Positions 44,217 through 53,436 of a stretch of 64,000 nt of DNA are shown piece after piece (the first letter of the stretch is position 1; each line of letters starts with the position of its first letter). Under the pieces are notes generated by a model. It had not been told where the DNA came from and searched no databases. It saw only the letters and a list, made by a program, of their open reading frames with translations. The stretch comes from a virus. A program made the translations under genes and the position numbers. Location: the IMG/VR virus record IMGVR_UViG_3300009548_000002, one strand, 5' to 3'.

Positions 44217-45123
44217 TCACGTCTCGGCGCGCTTGCGCCGGACAAGCTCGGTGACGAGGCCCGCGGAAGGACCGTGCGCGCGAAAGTAGACGATGGATTT
44301 TCTTCCCGGCCTCGCGCAGAGTTGGCACTCGAGGCACGTGAGCTTATGCGTCTGCGCTGGGCACGAGACGAGCTTGCGGCCCTCGGGCGTCCGGTCCGGG
44401 ACCTCCGCGCGCTCGGGCACGACGACCACGACGGGCGCAATGCCGAGCCCAGCCGCGGCGTCCGCCTCTTCGATTGAATCGGTCGAGAGGTTCACGACGA
44501 ACCCTTGCCGCGTGGCCTCGGTGATCGCGCGCCGGTTCTTCTTCCGGACGAGCACCTGCCACACCTTCGGAAGGACCGGCTTGTGCGTGAACGTGAAGCC
44601 GCGTCGTCCCGCTTGGGCGCGTGCGAGCTGCTGGAGCCTGCCCATGTCGATGGCGTTGCCCTCGCCAGGGAGATCGCCTGCCTCGTTGAAGCGCCAGAGC
44701 GTTCCTTCCTCGAGCGCAGCGACCTCGCAGAGGAAGTCGTCCCACGGCATGCCGCGCTCGCGGACGCGATCCCAATGGTAGCGATCGAAACCGTTGTCGG
44801 CGTAGCAGCCGGCCTCGTAGAACATGCACGCGGGCGGGCACGTCCCGCGCTCGGAGTACGTCGTCGGGATGGGTCCGAGCTTACGATTCCCGCTCCGGGG
44901 GACGAAGGAGATGCGTCCGGCGCTCGCGGCATCTTTCCTCTTCGGTCTCGCGTCGAGCTTCTCCGCGGGAGTCTTCCGCTCCCAGTCGCCGTATCGCTTG
45001 TTGCGCTTGTCGCTGCATGCGTTGCAGAGCGCGTCATGCTCGCGTCCGCGCCGGACGAACGCCGCGCGGGGTTTGTTTCGGTGGCAGCGCGCGCAATTTT
45101 TGGCCGCCGTGGACCCCGCCCTC
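44217..45123 (-). CDS. Zinc-finger protein, about 302 aa, encoded immediately downstream of the HDAC-like gene
   Basis: CARCHRN...CNACSD at the N-terminus; GTCPPACMFYEAGCYADNGF; LTCLECQLC; N-terminal extension of track ORF 44217-45803 rejected. Confidence 0.5.
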
Positions 45124-46015
45124 ATGGCTCTTTTTCGCAGTAGACGCGCGCGCACTCGCGCATCGTGTTGTCGTGGACCTCGAGCACTTTCGGGATGCTT
45201 CCGTCCTTCTCTCGCTGGTAGCCGCCGGCGAGGTTCCACGCGACGGGGATCTCGGCGGCGGGGATCTCGGCGGCGGAGAGCGCGTCGAAGACGATCGCGT
45301 CGCGCCGCCGAAGTTGCTCGGTCGTGAGCCAGCCGCCGTACGGGTCGTCGATGTGCGGGTCGGCGCCGGCTTGGTAAAGGACGACGTCCACCTTGTCGAG
45401 GATCATGTGCGCGAGGACCTCGGGGAGTCCCTCGTCGAGGAACGCCTCCGCCTGATCGGGCCTCGTCCAGTTGAGGCCCGCGGTGAAGTGCGTGATCCAA
45501 TCCGCACCGAAGCGGTTCTTGATGTTCACGGTGCCGTTGCCGTAGTGCATGTCGAGGTCGAGGATGCCGACGCGCGGGATGCCGTCCGCCTTCAACGCGA
45601 AGGCGGCGACCATGAGGCCGTTGAACGTGCAAAAGCCCTCCGCGCTCGCGTAGCCCGCGTGGTGGAAACCCGAGCACGGCGCCGCGGCCGCGGCGCCGGT
45701 CGAGATCGCGAGGCGTGCCGCCTGGAGCATCGCGCCGGACGTGTACGGGAGCGCGGCGGCGACCTCGGGCGACTTGTTGCCGAAGCCGTTGGGCTTTTTG
45801 CATCTGAGGATGTCTTCAGCCCAGTCGACCGCATGCACACGCGCGTAATCGCTGAGCGTCACGGGCCGCGGTTCGAGGATCGTGATCGGGAATTTGTTCT
45901 GCCACGAGGCCACGACCTCCTTCGGCTTCTTCGCGCTCGGAGACTCGCAACCGGAATCGGCGACCATCTTCGGCGTGTAGAAGACCGGAATCTTGAAGAG
46001 CTTGCCTCTCGCCAT
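45122..46015 (-). CDS. Histone-deacetylase-family (HDAC/AcuC/acetylpolyamine amidohydrolase) zinc hydrolase
   Basis: HHAGYASAEGFCTFNGL; VGILDLDMHYGNGT (D-x-D-x-H metal site); VVLYQAGADPHIDDPYG; AGGYQ catalytic Tyr. Confidence 0.75.
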   Translation of the reverse strand: MARGKLFKIPVFYTPKMVADSGCESPSAKKPKEVVASWQNKFPITILEPRPVTLSDYARVHAVDWAEDILRCKKPNGFGNKSPEVAAALPYTSGAMLQAARLAISTGAAAAAPCSGFHHAGYASAEGFCTFNGLMVAAFALKADGIPRVGILDLDMHYGNGTVNIKNRFGADWITHFTAGLNWTRPDQAEAFLDEGLPEVLAHMILDKVDVVLYQAGADPHIDDPYGGWLTTEQLRRRDAIVFDALSAAEIPAAEIPVAWNLAGGYQREKDGSIPKVLEVHDNTMRECARVYCEKEP

Positions 46016-46210
46016 TTTTCACCCTCTTTCGGAACCGGTCGCCCGCAATTTTCGTCGCCATGCGCTTCCGGACGAGCCTTTCTCGGGATCCGGACGACCG
46101 GACGCGAAGGGCGGGACGCACCCACGCATTTGACATGCCCGAACCCGATTCGTCAAGGACAGTTGGTTGTGATCGGGCTTGCATCACACGCAGTTACTCG
46201 TTACAGTATG

Positions 46211-46417
46211 GGCATGACCAAGAAAGCGAAGCCCGCAGCCAGCCACGCCTCCACCATCCAGATCACGTTCCGGATTCCCGAGGAGTGGCTCGAGTGGGCC
46301 GACGAACTCGCGTCGAAGCACTCGGCGCCGGGCCTCGTCCTCACGAGGACGGATGGTTTCCGGACGGCCATGGCCGCGGGGTTCGAAAAATACGGCAAGA
46401 AGTCGGCGACGCGGTGA
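46211..46417 (+). CDS. Small ribbon-helix-helix-like protein
   Basis: STIQITFRIPEEWLEWADELASKH pattern; excellent GC3; divergent from the HDAC operon. Confidence 0.4.
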   Translation, partial: GMTKKAKPAASHASTIQITFRIPEEWLEWADELASKHSAPGLVLTRTDGFRTAMAAGFEKYGKKSATR

Positions 46418-46425
46418 CGCGCGAA

Positions 46426-46643
46426 TGCCCGTCACGTTGAGCGACGACGAGGTCCGAGAGATCCGCGCGCTTCTCCACGACCTCGCGTGCAATCCTTTCT
46501 CGGGAGGCGAGATCAATGCCATGGGCGGCCTCCGCTCCGTTCTCTCGCGTGGGCTGCTCTCCAAGCTCTGCGTTCAAATCCCCGAAAATAAAGCCGCCGA
46601 AGCGTTGCGAACAATCGACTCCTCAAGCGCCGACCAAAAGTGA
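46426..46643 (+). CDS. Hypothetical small protein
   Basis: Start MPVTLSDDEVREI inside track ORF 46353-46643. Confidence 0.4.
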
Positions 46644-46897
46644 TCCGCTTCATCACGCGCTGGGCGCTCACGAAAGGGATCCTCGAAGTCGACGGGGACT
46701 ACTCGCCCGACGGCAAGAAGTTCATGGCGAGGCCCCCGCACCACCTGGTCGTCGACCGCGACTACGCGTTCACGCTCCTCACGCAGGCCGAATCCGTCGC
46801 TCGGACCATGGCCAAGAGCGAGATCATCGAGCTGCAGAAAGAGATCAAGAGGCTCGAGTCCTTCAAGCCCAAGATCGTGCGCATGGAGAAGAAATGA
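46640..46897 (+). CDS. Hypothetical small protein
   Basis: GTGA/ATGA overlap. Confidence 0.4.
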   Translation: MIRFITRWALTKGILEVDGDYSPDGKKFMARPPHHLVVDRDYAFTLLTQAESVARTMAKSEIIELQKEIKRLESFKPKIVRMEKK

Positions 46898-47166
46898 AAA
46901 AGAAGAAGGCGACTCCTTCAGGCACGAAAAAACGCAGCTCCGCCAAGCGCGCGAAACGCATCGTGCACGTCCCGCTCGCCAAGCTCGACAAGGTCTGCCG
47001 CGAATGCGGCAAGGTGAAGGAGAGCACGGTCGTGCGCACCTACTACGCGAAGAATTACACGGGCCCGTGCGCGGACTCGTTCTGCTACGCGAGCTGCGAC
47101 AGCTCCTCGTGTCGGCCGGTCACGCGTGTCATCTGCAGCGACTGCGAGGAGAAGCTCAAGAAATGA
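46894..47166 (+). CDS. Zinc-finger small protein
   Basis: CRECGK...CADSFCYASCDSSSC...CSDCEEK. Confidence 0.45.
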   Translation: MKKKKATPSGTKKRSSAKRAKRIVHVPLAKLDKVCRECGKVKESTVVRTYYAKNYTGPCADSFCYASCDSSSCRPVTRVICSDCEEKLKK

Positions 47167-47234
47167 GCCAAGAAGAAACATGCTGAGGACCGCGGTGCAG
47201 CAGAGAGCGATCTGCGCATCTACTGCTGCGAAAC

Positions 47235-48173
47235 ATGCTGGGAGCACGAGCGCGTGCGCCAGATGCACATAAGCGATCGATCATGACCGAGAAGCGGCGT
47301 CCCGGCGTGCGTATCACTCAGGCCTCCTCACTCTATCCCTCCAATGATCGAAAACTATCCCGTGAGGAACTTGGTCCATGGCTCCCGAAGCCCTTGCCTC
47401 GACGCCGCCGCTCTCCATTTCCGCCCCGCCGCGTCTTCGGTTACTGCCGAGTCGATGGTGACTCGATTGCCGACCAGGAGGCCACCATCAACGCAGCAGC
47501 ACATGCACGAGGCCTGAGTCCTACCAGAATTCTCAAGGAGGCGAAGTCGGGCGTCGGTTGGAAGGCGGAGACACGCGACGAGATCCACGCCTTGCTCGCA
47601 GACATCCGCGAGGGTGACCTCGTCCTCGTCGACAAGCTCGCACGCTGGTCTCGCGATCCCGACTTCATGTACGAGACCGTGCGAGAGATCATTCAAGCGA
47701 AGGCTGACATCCACTTCATCAGCGAGGACATCGACCCCGCGACGGCGCGGGGAGCTGAAGAACTGTCGCTTCGCATCGCGTTCGCCCGACGGGCGCACGC
47801 GCATTTCCGGCAACGCACCAACCGCGGCCGCGAGCGCCTCCGCGACGCGGGCTACCGTGCTGAAGGGCTCCCGTCGTTCGGTTACAGGCGCGGTGAAGGG
47901 GCTACGCTAGTCGTGGTCGAAGAGAAAGCTGCGATTGTGGCGCGAGCGTTCGCGATGTGCATCTCAGGCAGTTCCGTGATCGAGATCTCTCGAGCACTCG
48001 GCCTTGGACGCAGCATCGTCAGTAAGATCCTTCACAACCGCATCTACATCGGTGAGCTGCGCGACTCCGACGGCAAATGGATCCGCGCGAAGCATGACCC
48101 GATCGTGGATCCCGACGTCTTCGCCACAGCGGCCGCCGCAATCGAGGCTCGCCGGTGCGCCAAGCCGCGATGA
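47235..48173 (+). CDS. Serine recombinase (resolvase/invertase catalytic domain plus recombinase domain); start uncertain, possibly TTG about 47388
   Basis: VFGYCRVDGDSIADQ catalytic motif; LPSFGYRRGEGATLVVVEEKAAIVARAF recombinase-domain motif; low GC3 in the first ~50 codons of the track ORF. Confidence 0.7.
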   Translation: MLGARARAPDAHKRSIMTEKRRPGVRITQASSLYPSNDRKLSREELGPWLPKPLPRRRRSPFPPRRVFGYCRVDGDSIADQEATINAAAHARGLSPTRILKEAKSGVGWKAETRDEIHALLADIREGDLVLVDKLARWSRDPDFMYETVREIIQAKADIHFISEDIDPATARGAEELSLRIAFARRAHAHFRQRTNRGRERLRDAGYRAEGLPSFGYRRGEGATLVVVEEKAAIVARAFAMCISGSSVIEISRALGLGRSIVSKILHNRIYIGELRDSDGKWIRAKHDPIVDPDVFATAAAAIEARRCAKPR

Positions 48174-48194
48174 ATTCGACGAACGATGAGACTT

Positions 48195-48515
48195 TTAGAA
48201 CCGCCTAATCTCCTGGGCACAATCAAGTGACCAGTCTCGGGGGAGTGGGATCGTAGGATCGTGCACGCGGATCCGCTCGTACTCGGCGGGCGTCACCTCC
48301 GCAATGGCGACGGGGAACGGGTCCGAGTCAGACGCCGCGAAGGTGTACACGTCGACGCGTCCCGTCGCAATCGTGGCCCCATTCACCTCGAGCAACTTGA
48401 TCGGCTCGCTCTCGTTCATCTCGTCGTCGCCGAGGAAACGGATCACGTGTGAAAGATCGGGCTCGTGATCGAAATGCCACGCGACGAGTGCGTGCGCCGC
48501 TTCGCCCTTCGTCAT
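48195..48515 (-). CDS. Hypothetical protein
   Basis: Track ORF. Confidence 0.4.
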   Translation of the reverse strand: MTKGEAAHALVAWHFDHEPDLSHVIRFLGDDEMNESEPIKLLEVNGATIATGRVDVYTFAASDSDPFPVAIAEVTPAEYERIRVHDPTIPLPRDWSLDCAQEIRRF

Positions 48516-48868
48516 CGGCTATCCGGCGCACGGTCATAGCTTCGGATCCCGGAAGGATCGAGCAACTCGTTCGCCCGTTCCCAGAACTCGTCGAGCTGCT
48601 CGCGTAGCGCGTCACCGGTACCTTCCGCTCGATACCGCTCGACGAGCTGCATCGCTCGAAACAGATTGCCGGACATCAAAGCCGCCCGCACCGCGCCGAC
48701 ACGCGAAACTTGGCCCGGCAATACGTTCGGGCTCGTCAACTTCGCGATCTCTTCCTCGAGATCCGCGACGACGGCGTACGCAGCTTGCGCTTCGCACGTG
48801 CCGGGTTGCTCGTGCTCCGCCACCCAAATTGCAGCGGTGACGCGCCGGTTGAGATCATCCAGTAACAC
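48512..48868 (-). CDS. Hypothetical protein
   Basis: ATGA overlap. Confidence 0.4.
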   Translation of the reverse strand: MLLDDLNRRVTAAIWVAEHEQPGTCEAQAAYAVVADLEEEIAKLTSPNVLPGQVSRVGAVRAALMSGNLFRAMQLVERYRAEGTGDALREQLDEFWERANELLDPSGIRSYDRAPDSR

Positions 48869-48873
48869 GAGTG

Positions 48874-49294
48874 CTACTCCACCTGCGGGAGGACCCGCTC
48901 CGTCATCGAATCGCGAACGATGATTTCGCCGAAGCGCGAACGCAGTTGGCCATCAGTGGCGCCCGTGAGCAGTTGGATGATCGGACGAAGCACGGAAAGG
49001 CGAACGTGCTCGTCGCTCACGCGCGTCTCATGCGCGATGAAGACGCGCGGGTGCGGGCACACCGCATCTCCCAGCATTTCCCGGACACGCGCGAGCGACC
49101 GCGGGGCGAGAGCGTACGTCTCGCCGTCTCGGCTAGCGCTGCGGTAGACCACCAAGGGTACGCTCGCTCCGCTTGCGGAGAGTTTCTCCTGCGCGAGGCG
49201 CTGGACCTCCCGGAGTTCGCCCGTCTCCTCGAAGAGAGACTCGAGCGGCGATCCGACGTTGGGATGGTTCGGGAGTTTCGGGAAGTTCTTCATG
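48874..49294 (-). CDS. Hypothetical protein, about 140 aa
   Basis: Start MKNFPKLPNH; C-terminal part of ORF 48874-49470. Confidence 0.4.
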
Positions 49295-50057
49295 GCCTTC
49301 TCTGCATGCTTTGCAAATCGATCGAGCTTGCCCGAACAAGTCGATTGCGAAGAAGTGGACGGTTCCGCCAGTGATCGTTGCGAACCTTGGCGTAGCCTTC
49401 CCGATGCGCCTTCATACGTCCAATGATGCCCTGGGCATCCTCCACGCGCACGTAGACGCCCTCCATCCAATCCGAATCGTCCGTCTCATCCATCGGCCGC
49501 GTGATCCCGACGCGTTTGGCTTCTTCAGCCAAAACGCTGCGCCACGCGGGCGTCTTGTAGAAACTCTTCCCGATGAACGAGCCGAACGCCGGCGCTTTCC
49601 CGAACGGGCCCGACCAAAGGCAAGACACGACGACCACGTCGCACGCGGCGAGCAGATCGTCACGATGAGCGACGCCCAGAAACCGTTCGCGTTCCCTGTC
49701 GAAGACGTCGTAGCCGAGCAGCCAGTCGGGGAGCGCGTCGTAATAGGCCTTGTGCTTCGCGAAACACCACTCGCCGTAAAGCACGTAACGACAGCCGAGC
49801 GCGTCGCGAAGGGCGTCCACGCGCTCCGCGGCCCACCCGTGAAAAGGTGCGAATTGCCGCTCTGAAAGTCCACCCCTCAAGATGTGACCACGACTCTGGA
49901 GCCGAATCTCGCCTTCCTCGAACCAGATGCCGACGTTGGCGCCGTCGACCTTCTCCTCCACGACGACGACGCGCGCGTGCTTCCACGCCTCATAGATGTC
50001 CTCGGTCGCGAGCGACGTGAGTCTGGGTGTCTTCGGGAATTTGATCGCGTCGCCCAT
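49290..50057 (-). CDS. ATP-dependent RNA/DNA ligase-family nucleotidyltransferase (probable RNA ligase)
   Basis: Motif I VVVEEKVDGANVGIW (KxDG lysine-adenylate site); YVLYGEWCFAKHKAY resembles motifs IV/V. Confidence 0.6.
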   Translation of the reverse strand: MGDAIKFPKTPRLTSLATEDIYEAWKHARVVVVEEKVDGANVGIWFEEGEIRLQSRGHILRGGLSERQFAPFHGWAAERVDALRDALGCRYVLYGEWCFAKHKAYYDALPDWLLGYDVFDRERERFLGVAHRDDLLAACDVVVVSCLWSGPFGKAPAFGSFIGKSFYKTPAWRSVLAEEAKRVGITRPMDETDDSDWMEGVYVRVEDAQGIIGRMKAHREGYAKVRNDHWRNRPLLRNRLVRASSIDLQSMQRRP

Positions 50058-50235
50058 GGCTCAAGTTCTCTCGTCTCTCGGTCCTCGATTACGCAAGAGC
50101 ACCTATCCAAACCACGGTCGCTGCAACCGCACCGCAGAAACTCCGTACAAAAATTCTCGAGAAAATCGGTCTAATCATGGGCTCTCGTTGATGGCACGAC
50201 AAAAATAATTTCTGTAAATCCGCCAAGATAAGTTT

Positions 50236-50940
50236 TTATCGGCGCCGATCCAACCTACCGTCCAGGGACAAAACCTTGATCCGGCATCGCTCGCATGCTT
50301 CGCGCTTGCGGGCGACATCACGTTCGAGCCGCTCGAGATCGCGCTCGTGGCGATAGAGAGCAGCCCTGGCCGATGACAAGCTACGCGCACGGGACGCCAC
50401 GATCTCTTTCTCGCGCAACTCGCGCTCCGTCTCGCTTCCATGCGTGAGCGGTCTTCCTTTCGCCGTCTTGCTTTTCCCGATGAGTTCCACGACCGTCTCG
50501 ACGGGTGCAAGCTCCCAACCTGATTTCGGCGGCAACTCGGGCATGCGTTCTTCGTAGAGCGTCGCCCGACGCTCGAGGACGGGGCGACCCGCTTCATCCC
50601 TCGAGAGCCACCAGCTCTGGTGGCTGTATGTTCGAAGGGATTTGATCAGGGGCACAGCTTCAAGCCGCTCGAGAGAAACGGGTCGCGCGAACACGCGGAA
50701 CGTGTCGTGCCATTGGTTCGAGCCGACGAAGAGGACCTGGGCACGACGGACGACGTACCGGGCGACGGGCGATCCGTGCGCGTCGACTCCTTCAGATTCG
50801 TAACCGGGACGGAGGAACCGCACTTCGCGACCGACCCATTGCGAATCTTCGAGCCGCGTCTTGCGAAGCACGTATCCGACGACGCTGCGGCCGGCGCGAT
50901 CGAGCAGGAGGCGTTTTTCGCCGGGCTGTTCCTTCATTCG
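50236..50940 (-). CDS. Hypothetical protein (start likely MKEQPGEKRLL)
   Basis: Track ORF 50236-51003. Confidence 0.4.
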   Translation of the reverse strand, partial: RMKEQPGEKRLLLDRAGRSVVGYVLRKTRLEDSQWVGREVRFLRPGYESEGVDAHGSPVARYVVRRAQVLFVGSNQWHDTFRVFARPVSLERLEAVPLIKSLRTYSHQSWWLSRDEAGRPVLERRATLYEERMPELPPKSGWELAPVETVVELIGKSKTAKGRPLTHGSETERELREKEIVASRARSLSSARAALYRHERDLERLERDVARKREACERCRIKVLSLDGRLDRRR

Positions 50941-51146
50941 CCAAAGTTCTTGCCGGTGATGGCTTCCTTCGCGAGCCCGGCGATGAAGTAATAGGACCCG
51001 CACTCCTCGCAGCTCTTGACGATCGCCCGGAGCTTCTGCTCCGCGAAGACGAAGTGCGCACGGACCTTCTCGACGGCATCGGGGTCCGCGCGCGTGCCGT
51101 GCACGCGTGCTTGGTCGAGATTCTCGAGGGCTTCTTCGATCGTCAT
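50934..51146 (-). CDS. Small CxxC protein
   Basis: MTIEEALENLD...CEECGSYYF; C-terminal part of ORF 50934-51761. Confidence 0.35.
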   Translation of the reverse strand: MTIEEALENLDQARVHGTRADPDAVEKVRAHFVFAEQKLRAIVKSCEECGSYYFIAGLAKEAITGKNFGE

Positions 51147-52036
51147 CGTCGGCTCTTCTTGGAAGTGATGACGTCGTACTCCTCCTTCGTGTCGGTGATG
51201 ATGAACGTCACGAGTGACCGCTCGCGCTCGTCGAGCTTCTTGTCCAGCTCGCCCCAGATAAGGTCTTGGCGCTCCGCGCCACCCATACCGGCGAACCGCG
51301 CGGAGAGCACCCGGCCGCCGATGCGCTCGGGACCCGTCTCCTCGAGCACGACCTCGACGTTCTCCGGTGAGCACGCCGCGACGAGCGCGTCGCGAATCTT
51401 CTGCTCCAGTACTTTGTCCGTTGGCGCGGCGCGCGACGTCGGAGAGCGTTGGGTTTTTGAAAACTCGCGCGCCTTCGGAATCTCTTCTCCGTTCTTCACC
51501 ATGTCGCAGAGCACGTCGAAGACGACTTCCTCGATTCCGAAAAGTGCTTCCTCTCTTCCCGCGGCGAGAAACGAGAGGCTCGGGAACTCGTCGCAGAGTC
51601 CAACGTATTCTTTGTCCTCTCGGGACCACATGATTCGATATCCGTATTTCAGCCACGAATCGAAAAGATCTAACGACATTTGTTCGAGACGCGAAACCGT
51701 CCCAAATTGTTCGAGATCGAATTTGTCTCCCAGCGCTGCCTTGAACCGCAGCGCCCACCAAATGACACGGCGATCGGGATCAAGGACGCGGCCGAGCATC
51801 CGGACGTCCGGATTCATATCGTCATTGGTTCTGTCGCTTCCCGCCCGCGCAACGCGCCGGACATGGCGCTCGCGGAGGGATACCACGGTCGTCGCGACGC
51901 CGAGCGCGACGAATGCCCAGATGCTCTGACTGAGCCATGTGCCGGAGTCGGCGATGGAGAGATGAATGCCGAGGGCGACGAGGATCGCCGCGGGCACGAA
52001 TGCGAGGACGGAGATGGTGGTTTCAGAGAGCTTCAT
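51143..52036 (-). CDS. Membrane protein (two N-terminal TM helices plus a cytoplasmic domain)
   Basis: ISVLAFVPAAILVALGIHL and IWAFVALGVATTVVSL. Confidence 0.5.
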   Translation of the reverse strand: MKLSETTISVLAFVPAAILVALGIHLSIADSGTWLSQSIWAFVALGVATTVVSLRERHVRRVARAGSDRTNDDMNPDVRMLGRVLDPDRRVIWWALRFKAALGDKFDLEQFGTVSRLEQMSLDLFDSWLKYGYRIMWSREDKEYVGLCDEFPSLSFLAAGREEALFGIEEVVFDVLCDMVKNGEEIPKAREFSKTQRSPTSRAAPTDKVLEQKIRDALVAACSPENVEVVLEETGPERIGGRVLSARFAGMGGAERQDLIWGELDKKLDERERSLVTFIITDTKEEYDVITSKKSRR

Positions 52037-52524
52037 GATCTGTGTGCGGCGGGTGGCAAAGGCCAGGATGCGAGTGAGGCGCGACCGATCTCACGTGACG
52101 TCTCCGCGTCCAGGAACACGGCGTTGCTGAACGTGAAGAAGAACTCGAGGAGGCGCGCGGAGAAGAGGCCGCCCACGAGGACGATGAGAACGGCTCCCGC
52201 CATGTGTTTCAAAGTCTCCTCGTAGGAGGCGCCATGCGTGTCGCAGGCGATGTAGACCTGGCGTACGGGCTCCGCGATGGCGCGGAGCTTCCGCGTGATC
52301 GCGGGCTCCGCGGCATCGCCGAGCTTCCGTACGATCGCGACCATCTCGTGCACGCGGCGCTTGCTCGCGGTGTCGAGGCTGAAGGTGACGCCATCCGCGC
52401 CCCGGTGCACGTGGACCACGAGCGTCTCCTTCATCTCGGCGAGCTGCCTCTTCGCCGTTGCCCGCACGTCGCGCTTCAGGGAACATGGGAGTTTCTTGCG
52501 GACGATCTTCCGCGAAGGCATCAC
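52033..52524 (-). CDS. Hypothetical protein
   Basis: ATGA overlap; C-terminal hydrophobic stretch. Confidence 0.4.
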   Translation of the reverse strand: MMPSRKIVRKKLPCSLKRDVRATAKRQLAEMKETLVVHVHRGADGVTFSLDTASKRRVHEMVAIVRKLGDAAEPAITRKLRAIAEPVRQVYIACDTHGASYEETLKHMAGAVLIVLVGGLFSARLLEFFFTFSNAVFLDAETSREIGRASLASWPLPPAAHRS

Positions 52525-52790
52525 TTCCTCACTTCTTTGGCATCGGCAATACGGTTAAGAAACTCGACGAGGGATCGATTCAGGCGTGGCATGGCAGCCA
52601 ATTTGAAGATAAAAATCGGATCCTTGTCCAGATAATCGAAAAAGTAGCGAGATATGTTGATGATAACCAATTTGAAATTCGGGTCGGCGCAAAACAGCTC
52701 CAAATCTTCCATTGGGGTCGAAGAAAGCTCTTCACCGATCGCAGAGAGCACCCGATCGAGAAGTCGCACGTCCAGCCCGGCAAACTCCAT
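52521..52790 (-). CDS. Hypothetical small protein (well-coded part of ORF 52521-52931)
   Basis: Start MEFAGLDVRLL; lower-GC region. Confidence 0.3.
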   Translation of the reverse strand: MEFAGLDVRLLDRVLSAIGEELSSTPMEDLELFCADPNFKLVIINISRYFFDYLDKDPIFIFKLAAMPRLNRSLVEFLNRIADAKEVRK

Positions 52791-52879
52791 AGACTCGCGA
52801 AGCCCGCGTTGGCCCGCGTCTCGCGCTTTACGGGGCTTGTAGTTCTCGGGAAGTTCCTGACCACCGGGGATCTTGAACA

Positions 52880-53116
52880 AAAAGCGCGAACAACCCGAAC
52901 CGCCTGGGCGTAGAGGTCGCGCTCGTCCCATTCCGTGACCTCGTATTCGTGACCCCTGTCATCGCGCCAGCGGAGCGACATGCGCACGATCTTATGGTCA
53001 TCACCGTCTTTCTTCGACAGCTTGTCGAGACCGAGATGATGGGCGCAGCCGACAGTAACTTCACGTCGTACTTCAACCGAAAATTCGTAGTTCATCAAAA
53101 TGCACTCCTCTTCCAA
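52880..53116 (-). CDS. Hypothetical small protein (N-terminal well-coded part of ORF 52580-53116; end uncertain)
   Basis: MEEECILMNYEFSVEVRREV...; the downstream in-frame continuation looks non-coding. Confidence 0.25.
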
Positions 53117-53199
53117 CGCACAATCTCTTCACGTAAGAAATAAACGTCCTCTTAGTTCGTGTTACAGAACTATTGTACCTCACACATCGATATCAAAAT

Positions 53200-53400
53200 A
53201 AGGAAGATAAAAATCGCCTGCCTTACCGAACCACAACAGGCCTGACCGTACCGTACCGTACCTACCTTGCCTGCCATGCCCTACCCAGCCGCACCAGACC
53301 GTACCTACCTAGCCTGCTATGCCCCACCGAACCGAACCCAGCCTTGTCGTACCGAACCCACCTTGCCTGCCTTGTCCTATGGGTAAAGAGAGAAATTTCC
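53200..53400. repeat. Repeat-dense non-coding spacer (ACCGTACC, TACCTTGCCTGCC, CCGAACC motifs, pyrimidine-rich)
   Basis: ccgtaccgtaccgtacctaccttgcctgccatgccctacc...taccttgcctgccttgtcc read directly; lower GC than flanks. Confidence 0.5.
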
Positions 53401-53436
53401 CTTCTTTGTGGACGCCCACTGCACGCGCCCAGAGTG

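Noticed and set aside
44217-45803. 528-aa minus ORF extending the zinc-finger protein through the HDAC gene region
   Set aside because: Its N-terminal ~225 codons overlap the well-supported HDAC ORF (45122-46015) in another frame and are R/P/G-rich junk. The gene was trimmed to 44217-45123.
53200-53400. CRISPR array
   Set aside because: Repeats are short, heterogeneous and irregularly spaced with no unique spacers of constant length, and no cas genes are nearby.
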